DNA from: Myxococcota bacterium
GTDB lineage: Bacteria; Myxococcota_A; Polyangia; Nannocystales; Nannocystaceae
DNA length: 64,000 nt
NCBI GenBank assembly: GCA_039028615.1
Contig: JBCCHT010000020.1
Location: 128,001-192,000 of the forward strand
Direction: 5' to 3'
Position numbers and translations under genes: made by a program. Positions 56,695 through 64,000 of the stretch are shown here, piece by piece. Every line of letters starts with the position of its first letter. Within the stretch, counting starts at the first letter, position 1. The notes beneath the pieces are model-generated. The model was not told the DNA's origin. It did not search any database and saw only the letters and a program-made list of their open reading frames with translations.

Positions 56695-58899
56695 CTACTG
56701 CAACATCGCGGTCAGCGATAGAGAATCGAAGATCACCGGCCTGCTCGGCACGGGGCCATTGTTGTACACCCAGATCTCCAGCGTGACCGACTGCCCGGCG
56801 AACGCCTCCAGATCCATGTCGATGATATCGACCGTGGAGTCGGCACGGGTGACGGTGACCGAGGCGTTTGTGAGCGCGGAGCCGCCGCTGTCACGGACGA
56901 GGAAGTTGACCAGGGCGGTATCGGTGTTGGGCGCGATGAGCGGGAAGCCGACCTCGGCGCGGATATGAGGGGCCAGGACGAAGCCATTGATGAGGTTGAG
57001 GTTGGCGGGGAGCCGCAGGTCGATGCTTCCCGTGGCGTGGCCGAACCAACCGGAGGCGGGGGTCATGCCGAACATCGAGCCGTCCCAGAGCTTGCCGTCC
57101 TCCATCTTCGCCGAGGTGGTTCCGACGCCGGGTGCACCGTTGGGGGCCCCGTACGTCAAGGGTGTCCCCCCCGACCGCCAAGACGAGAAGTTGCCCGCGT
57201 AGGGCACCAGCGAGAACACCGAGGGGTTGAGGCCGGCGGCGAGATAGGCGACCTCGACCCCGAACAACTCGGTGGAGCCCTCGCCGAATTCGTCGGCGGC
57301 GGCGTCTCGGAGCGCGTCGGCCAACTCCACGGCCGAGACCTCGCCCGGGCTCAGGTAGTTGGTGATCGTCTCGTAGTAGAGGTTGCGGACGTCCTCGCTC
57401 CCGATGGTCGGCACCATGACGTTGGAATGCGGATGAATGCCGCCGTCCTCGCTCGCCAACAAGGCAAAGGGCAAGCTGAGGATCTGAGAATTTGCGTACT
57501 GCCAGTCTGCCGCCGCGACGTACTCGGAGTAGTGGTCGCCGTCGACGGGCGGCTCGAGTAGGTTACGCGTGACGTCGGGCTCGTTGGTTTCTCCGGCGAG
57601 GATGAAGTCCTCTTCGCCCGTGCCATTGCCGAAGTCGAGCTCGACGAGGGTGCCGAACACGTCCGCGACATGCTCGTGGAAGGACTGGCCTTGGTGGGTG
57701 TCGTAGGAATAGCCTTCTTCCAGCAAGACGTCGTGGGTGAACTCGTGCCCGACGACATCCAAGGGCGTCCAAATCTGGTCGTCCACACCGCTGCCGAACC
57801 TGAAGACGCCGTTGCCGAGCGCCATCGCGTTCCACTGGTACGCGGAGAAACCCGGGTTGTTGAAGCTCGCGTCGTAGCCCATCTTGATGTTGCCCCCGCT
57901 ACCGTCGTAGCTGGACCGCCCGAAGCGCGAGTTGAAGAAGTCGAGCACCTTGCCCATGTTGTCGTGACCGAGCACGGGCTGCTCCTGCACCTCTTCGCAC
58001 CAATGGTTATCGGTGTCGGTGAAGGGTGCGGCCTGAGTCCACGTGACCGAACCGCCTTGGTCGTACCCGCGGATCTTGCCCGGCCGGGTGCGATCATGGA
58101 GGTGGTATTGCGCCCCCCACGGGCGGGTGGTGTTGATGCTGATGCTGTTGCCGAAGGGATCGCAGGCGGTCCCGGTGAGCTGGTGGGTGATGAACTTGGA
58201 GCGCAGCACCTCACCCGAGTGCGCGTCGACCATCAACTGAGCACTGCCCGGAAAATCCTCGGCGAGCACGGAGAGCGACCAGACCAGGTGCGCTTCGCCA
58301 TCGTCCACCAGCGCGAGCAGCTCGGGCGTGGTGTACACGTAGAACTCGCCCTCGACCGCGTAGTATTCGCGAACGCGCTGCTCCAGCGCTCCGGCCCCGA
58401 GCGTCGGGATGGGCTCGAATGCTCCGGGCTCGTCGACGCGATGGGTTCGCGCCTGGAGCGACGCGACTCGGCCATCGCCGCGGACATGGACGACGACTTC
58501 GCCCTGGAACACGGGAACCCCGGCGAGTCGTTGCTGGTAGCGAACGTGGGTGACCTCCGAGGTCGAGTCCGTGGTGGCCCGGGTCAGCGAGATGCCGTCT
58601 CGCTCGCGCCAGAGCATCGGCAGCCGCTCGAGGGTTTCATCGGCGATCACCTCGGGCGCGCGCGGATCCGGCTCGTGCAGCGGCCCACGCAGGTGCACCG
58701 TGCCCTCGTCTCGGTCGTAGCTGGCCACCTCCAGCTCGGGACGGGCGACGAGCAGGGCCTCGATCGAAGCCCCGCTGTCGTCAGCCTCCTCGGCCTCTGC
58801 TCGCTCGTCGATCTCGGGGTCGAAGGGCTCCGGCTCGACACACGCCGAGGCCAGACCAAGCAGGGCAAGGCCGGTGAGAGACACGCTATTTCGAGACAT
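56695..58899 (-). CDS. M4 (thermolysin-like) metalloprotease prepro-lipoprotein
   Basis: ASAC lipobox, FTP/PepSY propeptide (HVRYQQ..GVPVF), DVVGHEFTH, third ligand in FHEHVAD. Confidence 0.88.
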   Translation of the reverse strand: MSRNSVSLTGLALLGLASACVEPEPFDPEIDERAEAEEADDSGASIEALLVARPELEVASYDRDEGTVHLRGPLHEPDPRAPEVIADETLERLPMLWRERDGISLTRATTDSTSEVTHVRYQQRLAGVPVFQGEVVVHVRGDGRVASLQARTHRVDEPGAFEPIPTLGAGALEQRVREYYAVEGEFYVYTTPELLALVDDGEAHLVWSLSVLAEDFPGSAQLMVDAHSGEVLRSKFITHQLTGTACDPFGNSISINTTRPWGAQYHLHDRTRPGKIRGYDQGGSVTWTQAAPFTDTDNHWCEEVQEQPVLGHDNMGKVLDFFNSRFGRSSYDGSGGNIKMGYDASFNNPGFSAYQWNAMALGNGVFRFGSGVDDQIWTPLDVVGHEFTHDVLLEEGYSYDTHQGQSFHEHVADVFGTLVELDFGNGTGEEDFILAGETNEPDVTRNLLEPPVDGDHYSEYVAAADWQYANSQILSLPFALLASEDGGIHPHSNVMVPTIGSEDVRNLYYETITNYLSPGEVSAVELADALRDAAADEFGEGSTELFGVEVAYLAAGLNPSVFSLVPYAGNFSSWRSGGTPLTYGAPNGAPGVGTTSAKMEDGKLWDGSMFGMTPASGWFGHATGSIDLRLPANLNLINGFVLAPHIRAEVGFPLIAPNTDTALVNFLVRDSGGSALTNASVTVTRADSTVDIIDMDLEAFAGQSVTLEIWVYNNGPVPSRPVIFDSLSLTAMLQ

Positions 58900-59017
58900 G
58901 CTCCCTCATTGCCGCGCCCGATCTGGCCGATGACGAGAAAACCGAGAGAATTTTCGCCACGCCGCGATCGGCTCCGGCGGGCCCGAGTCGTCGTGCCCGC
59001 CGGAGTCCATGCGCGCG

Positions 59018-61228
59018 CTACTGCACGAGCTGGATCATCGACAGCGTGTCGAACATGACCGGCCGCGTCGGCACGGGCCCGGTGTTGTAGACGTAGACCT
59101 CGAGCGTGATCGCCTGACCCGCGAAGGCCTCGAGATCCATGTCGATGACGTCGACGGTGTCGTCGTCCCGGCGAATGGTCCGCGACGAGTTGGTCAGCAC
59201 GGTGCCGGCGCTGTCCTTGATCACGAGGTTGACCAGGGCCTCGTCGGTGTCGACGGCGATGAGCGGGAATCCGACCTCCGCGAGGATGTGCGGCGCCAGG
59301 ACGCTGCCCCCCAGCGGGATGTTGGCGGGAAGCTGCAGGTCGAAGCTGCCCATGACGCGCCCGAAGAACCCGGCCGCGGGGGTCATGCCGAACATCGAGC
59401 CGTCCCAGAGCTTGCCGTCCTCCATCTTCGCCGAGGTGTTGCCCGCCCCGGGGGAGCTCTGCGCGGACCCGTAGGTCACCGCCGTGCTGCCCGACTCCCA
59501 AGTGTCGAAGTTGCCCACGTAGGGGATGAGCGAGAGGCTCGAGGGCGTGATGCCAGCGGCGAGATAGGCCACCTCGACGCCGAACTTCTCGTCGGAGCTG
59601 TCGCCGAACATGTCCCCCGCCGCATCCGCGAGGCCGGCCCCGAGCTCGCCGAACGAGACCGGACCCGGGCTGAGGTAGTTGGTGATCGTCTCGTAGTAGA
59701 GGTCGCGGACGTCGGACATCCCGATCGACGGCACGATCACGTTCGAGTGCGGGTGCGTGCCCGCGTTGCCGGCCAGCATCGCGAAGGGCAGGCTGAGGAT
59801 CTGCGAGTTCGCGTGCTGGGCGTTGCCCGTAGTGTCGAACTCGGAGTAGTGATCGCGACCGGTGGGCGGCGACAGCAAGTCGCGAATCGGCGTCACGCCG
59901 TTCACTTCCTCGCCCATCAGGAAGTTCTCCTGCCCCGAGGCGTTGCCGAAATCGAACTCCACCAAGGTACCGAAGACGTCCGCGCCGTGCTCGTGGAAGG
60001 CCGCGCCCTCATCGGACGTGGTGTCGAGGCCTTCGGCGTGCAGCATGGCGTGGGTGAACTCGTGCCCCACCACGTCCAGCGGCATCCAGACTTCGCCCGC
60101 GGCACCGCCTCCGAACTTGAAGCGCCCGTTGCCGATGGAGGTCGCGTTCCACTGCACCGCCGACGGGCCACCGAAATTGAAGCTCGCGTCGAAGCCCATC
60201 TTGATGTTGCCGCCGCTGCCGTTGTAGCTGGAGCGACCGTAGCGGGAGTCGAAGAAGTCGAGCACCTTGCCCATGTTGTCGTGGCCGAGCACGGCCTCCT
60301 CTTGGGCGGGTGCGCACCAGTCGTTGTCGGTGTCGGTCAGCGGAGCCGACTGCGTCCATGTGAACGAGCCCCCCTGATCGTACCCGCGGATCTTCCCCGG
60401 CCGCGTCTTGTCGTGCAGCTGATACTGCGCCCCGAGCGGCTTGGTGGGGTTGATGAGCAGGTTATTGCCGAAGGGATCACACCCGGTCCCGGTCAGGTGG
60501 TCCGCGATGAAATCCTCGCGCCGGACTTCGCCCGTGCGAGCGTCGACCAGCAAGTCGGCGCTGCCCGGGAAGTCCTCGGCGAGCACGGACAACGACCAGA
60601 CCAGGTTCGCCTCGCCGTCGTCGACGAGGGCAAACAGCTCGGGATCGGTGTACTCCAGGAAGTCGCCCTCGACCGCAAAATGGTCGCGAACGAGCGATTC
60701 GAGCTTCTCCCGGCCGATCGCCGGCTTCGGGTCGAAGGACTCGCCATTGTCGACCCGATGCGCCTGCCCCTGCAGGGACGCGACCCGGCCGTCCTCGCGC
60801 ACGTGCACCACGACCTCGCCCTGATAGACGGGAACATCCGCGACCCGCTGCTCATAGCGGACGTGGGTGACCTTCGAACGCAATCCGGTTTTGGACTCCG
60901 AGCGAGACAGCGCGACCCGATCTGTGGCCCCCCACAGCACGGAGAACTCGTCGAGCGTCTCGTCGGCGACGACCTCGGGGCTCCGCGAATCGGGCCCGTG
61001 CAGCTGTCCCCGAACGACGAGCGTTCCTGCTCGCTGGTCGAAGGCAGCCACTTCCATCTCGGGGTGAGCGATGCGCAAGGCTTCGATCGCAGAGGCATCG
61101 ACCTGGGCCTCGAGTGGCTCCAGGTCGACACGCTCGTCGATCTCGGTTTCGAGGATCAGAGGCTCGGCGCAGGCAGAGACCGACCCGAGTAGCAACAGGC
61201 CCTTCAAGGCTAGGCTTTTTCGCGACAT
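59018..61228 (-). CDS. M4 (thermolysin-like) metalloprotease, tandem paralog
   Basis: VSAC lipobox, propeptide, DVVGHEFTH, FHEHGAD, QHANS. Confidence 0.88.
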   Translation of the reverse strand: MSRKSLALKGLLLLGSVSACAEPLILETEIDERVDLEPLEAQVDASAIEALRIAHPEMEVAAFDQRAGTLVVRGQLHGPDSRSPEVVADETLDEFSVLWGATDRVALSRSESKTGLRSKVTHVRYEQRVADVPVYQGEVVVHVREDGRVASLQGQAHRVDNGESFDPKPAIGREKLESLVRDHFAVEGDFLEYTDPELFALVDDGEANLVWSLSVLAEDFPGSADLLVDARTGEVRREDFIADHLTGTGCDPFGNNLLINPTKPLGAQYQLHDKTRPGKIRGYDQGGSFTWTQSAPLTDTDNDWCAPAQEEAVLGHDNMGKVLDFFDSRYGRSSYNGSGGNIKMGFDASFNFGGPSAVQWNATSIGNGRFKFGGGAAGEVWMPLDVVGHEFTHAMLHAEGLDTTSDEGAAFHEHGADVFGTLVEFDFGNASGQENFLMGEEVNGVTPIRDLLSPPTGRDHYSEFDTTGNAQHANSQILSLPFAMLAGNAGTHPHSNVIVPSIGMSDVRDLYYETITNYLSPGPVSFGELGAGLADAAGDMFGDSSDEKFGVEVAYLAAGITPSSLSLIPYVGNFDTWESGSTAVTYGSAQSSPGAGNTSAKMEDGKLWDGSMFGMTPAAGFFGRVMGSFDLQLPANIPLGGSVLAPHILAEVGFPLIAVDTDEALVNLVIKDSAGTVLTNSSRTIRRDDDTVDVIDMDLEAFAGQAITLEVYVYNTGPVPTRPVMFDTLSMIQLVQ

Positions 61229-61279
61229 GGCCCCTCATTGCCCCGGGCCATCCGAGCGATGACGAAGAAATTTTCGTGT

Positions 61280-62698
61280 TCAGGGCGCCGCGCACTCAAG
61301 CCCTCCCGTCGGCCCCGCGTTGAAGCAGTACGGCACCGTCTCGTCCAGGGAGGCCCCCTCGATGACCTGGAGATGACGACAGAACATCTCTTCTTCGGTG
61401 AAACCGACGCACATGGCCTCGCAGTCCGCTCGTGTGCCGTAGCCGTTCTCGACCGGATCGCACAGGGCCATGAAATCCGTACAGAAGAGCGCGCAGTCGG
61501 CCGCCGATGCTCCACCGCCGCCTCCGCTGCTGCCGCCCTCCGACGAGCTGCTCTCGTCCGAGGAACTGCCTTCGTCGGTGGTTCCACCGCTCGACTCCGT
61601 CGAGGAATCTGTATCGCCCGTCGTGCCCTCGTCCGACGCCCCCGTATCGCCCTTCGTGCCCTCATCGACCCCGAAGGGATCTTCGAAGAGCCCGTCGCCG
61701 ACCTCGGGAATGCCTGCCGCGACGTCCCGCCCCAAGCGAATCGCATTGGCGGTGGGATTGCGAACGCCGTGCAGGTCCCGCAACGCCCGGTCCACATCGA
61801 CGCGCACCGTCGTCGAAAGCGATGAACCATCGGCGTTCGGTATCGTCACGTCGATGTCGTAGCTCAAGCGTGCCCGACTCGCGTCGTCGGGGAACTCGGG
61901 ATCCGCCTTGAGATACAGGTGATTGGCGCGCGCATGCGTGACGCCGCGCTCCTCGTTGAGTTCGTCGATCACGTCGTTGGCGGCCTCGACCGCCGGACCG
62001 CGCGGCGCAGTGGTGTTGGGGAAGGGCGAAGGCACGAGCGACAGCGGCGGATCGGCATAGCCCTCGAAGGCCCCCTCTCCCGGCACGGGCACGTTGTCGG
62101 CGGGTCGCTTGAACATCCCTGCGCCCACGTGGCGAACCTGATGCGCGAGCAGATCGAGCAGGAAGAGGCGTTCGACCTCTTTGCGCGCGTCCTCGTTCGC
62201 CGACAGAATGTAGCGCTCCGGGTCGGCGAGGATCACCTCCACGTCGCCCATGTCGATGTGCACCGCGCCATCCAGCTCGCGAGCGAGGATCAGCCCGAGC
62301 CCGCCCGAAGGTCGCACGCCTCGACCCAAGAAGGTCGCCGGGTCGTTCCGATGGACGCGAATCTCGAAGCCACAAAACACGTTGGCGCAGGCCTCCTCGA
62401 GCATCCGGTTGAACACGAAGGACTCCGGGAAGACCGGCCCGCCCATCGTCGCCTGGCCTCCGTTGGCCAGCAGGGTGACCGAGTCCGCGACCTTCTGGAC
62501 GTCTCGCGCCGTGCCTCCGATATCCGACTCGATCACGATCGTGCAGTGCGGTCCAGACTCGAGCACGATGCGGAGCCCGTCGTCCGAGGGCGTCGCGGAG
62601 GTGATCCGGGCGTGAGACGACGGCACGGTGGGGCCCGAGAAGCAGAGCAGGCCGGTCAGCGCCAGAGCGACCCGCGAAAATGTCCGCCGAACGCTCAT
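61280..62698 (-). CDS. Secreted hypothetical protein with HQxxH motif and Cys-rich C-terminus
   Basis: Signal peptide, LLAHQVRH, Ser/Gly/Glu linker, Cys-rich C-terminal module. Confidence 0.7.
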   Translation of the reverse strand: MSVRRTFSRVALALTGLLCFSGPTVPSSHARITSATPSDDGLRIVLESGPHCTIVIESDIGGTARDVQKVADSVTLLANGGQATMGGPVFPESFVFNRMLEEACANVFCGFEIRVHRNDPATFLGRGVRPSGGLGLILARELDGAVHIDMGDVEVILADPERYILSANEDARKEVERLFLLDLLAHQVRHVGAGMFKRPADNVPVPGEGAFEGYADPPLSLVPSPFPNTTAPRGPAVEAANDVIDELNEERGVTHARANHLYLKADPEFPDDASRARLSYDIDVTIPNADGSSLSTTVRVDVDRALRDLHGVRNPTANAIRLGRDVAAGIPEVGDGLFEDPFGVDEGTKGDTGASDEGTTGDTDSSTESSGGTTDEGSSSDESSSSEGGSSGGGGGASAADCALFCTDFMALCDPVENGYGTRADCEAMCVGFTEEEMFCRHLQVIEGASLDETVPYCFNAGPTGGLECAAP

Positions 62699-63231
62699 GA
62701 CTCCTCTCCCTGATAGGGAGCCCACACCGCGTAATCCGGCGGCTCCGGCACGCGCAGCATGAGGTCGTCCTGCTGGGCGAAGCCGATCCAGCCGAAGCGC
62801 GGGGGCAGGCGACGGCCCGGCACCGCAATGGCGAGCACCCAGTGCGCCTCGGCATCGTCGCGATACACGAACACGTCCCCCGCGGGGCTGAACAGCTCGC
62901 CGTCATCGTTGCAGCGCGCGTTTAGCCGCAGGTCGACCCCCAAGCCCTCCAGCCCCTCGACGCTGGTACCCGTGGGCACGGGGGCCGTGGGGTCGGCATC
63001 GATGTACAGACCGTACGCGAGGAACTCGGCGTCCGTGCAGCGCGGCTGCTCGGCGAAGAACAGCGCCGCGACGACTCGGCGATCGCCGTCGGGCAGCACC
63101 CCCGGCAGATCGTAGACATGGGCGCCGAGCAGCGTCGGGATCGGAGCCGGTGGCGACGTGGACTGACCACATGCGCCGACAGTGGCCGCCATGGCCAACA
63201 GCCAGGCGGAGGGGGAATCGAGCGTGGGCAT
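62695..63231 (-). CDS. Hypothetical lipoprotein
   Basis: VGAC lipobox; ATGA overlap with the downstream gene. Confidence 0.65.
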   Translation of the reverse strand: MPTLDSPSAWLLAMAATVGACGQSTSPPAPIPTLLGAHVYDLPGVLPDGDRRVVAALFFAEQPRCTDAEFLAYGLYIDADPTAPVPTGTSVEGLEGLGVDLRLNARCNDDGELFSPAGDVFVYRDDAEAHWVLAIAVPGRRLPPRFGWIGFAQQDDLMLRVPEPPDYAVWAPYQGEES

Positions 63232-63370
63232 ACATTCGGACTACGACTTCGACACGAACGCGGGCACTTAAGGCCGGCTTAAAGCCACCAGTCGGGCCAC
63301 CAAGGGCGCCGGAGCATCGTTCGGACGGCACGTTCGTCCTGATGTGCCACCGTCACGCATAATGGCGCGC

Positions 63371-64000
63371 GTGTCCAACCATCCCTTCGTCCGTGAGGAG
63401 TCGAAGAAGCGCCTCGGCCAAGCGGTGCAGGCCGTCGAGTCGCGCTCGTGCGCCGAGATCGTGATCGCGGTCCAACCTCGCTCGAGCAGCTGGGCCGGCG
63501 TGGACGGGGCCGTGGGCTTGGTCGTCGCCTATGCGGCCCTGCTCTACGCTCTGTTTGCCCCGCAGGTCTTCGGCCTGTTGTGGATCGCTCTGATGATCCC
63601 CGCCGGCTTCGGTGCAGGCTACGCGCTATCGCGAGCGTGGGCCGGGCTGCGCCTGGGCTTGGCCGGCCAAAAACGGGTGGACGAGGCCGTACTCCAGGGC
63701 GCCCGAGCCCGCTTCACCGAGCTGCGCGTCAGCGCGACCCGTGAGCGCTCCGGCGTGTTGGTCTACGTATCGCTGGCCGAGCGCAAGGCGGTGGTCATCC
63801 CCGACGTCGGCGTTCTCGCTCGGATCCCCGAAGACGACTGGGCCAAGGGCGTCGCCGCCATCGAGAACGCGATCGCCACCCACGGCGTGAAGCCAGCCGG
63901 ACTCGATGCGCTGTGCAAGGCGGTCGAGGCCCTCGGCGACGTGCTCGAAAAGCCGATGCCCGTCCGCGACGACGACATCAACGAGTTGGAGGACGTGGCA
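63371..64000 (+). CDS. TPM-domain membrane protein (3' partial)
   Basis: Read manually: AVQAVESRSCAEIVIAV...TM...RERSGVLVYVSLAERKAVVIPDVG...DDINELED; runs off the window end. Confidence 0.82.
   Translation, partial: MSNHPFVREESKKRLGQAVQAVESRSCAEIVIAVQPRSSSWAGVDGAVGLVVAYAALLYALFAPQVFGLLWIALMIPAGFGAGYALSRAWAGLRLGLAGQKRVDEAVLQGARARFTELRVSATRERSGVLVYVSLAERKAVVIPDVGVLARIPEDDWAKGVAAIENAIATHGVKPAGLDALCKAVEALGDVLEKPMPVRDDDINELEDVA

Overview
High-GC myxobacterial chromosomal segment, probably Nannocystaceae-like. The lineage is inferred from a MYXO-CTERM protein, kinase-TPR proteins with the HRDFKP motif, a fibro-slime protein, a PEGA protein and many acidic Ser/Thr-linker lipoproteins. About 48 genes are supportable. 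Housekeeping genes: heme A synthase, asnS, queE, hemJ, cyaY, folK, tRNA-Val(TAC), MATE transporter, enoyl-CoA isomerase, asnB-like. Signalling genes: three Ser/Thr kinases, PilZ, STAS-like, GlxA. There are also many secreted or surface proteins. No integrase, transposase, CRISPR array or rRNA was seen. Best leads: (1) a low-GC two-gene cassette of a cytoplasmic trypsin-like protease plus an unknown beta-rich partner, between convergent genes; (2) a convergent pair of paralogous beta-propeller/di-heme/Ig lipoproteins; (3) tandem M4 proteases with non-canonical, complementary active-site changes, next to an HQxxH pseudo-zincin; (4) a Cys-rich precursor-like peptide; (5) a Coq4-like/Rieske/CapK-like/AsnB neighbourhood; (6) a recurring TANNNT box 6-9 nt before start codons, suggesting leaderless transcripts. 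All calls come from motif recognition only; no searches were run.
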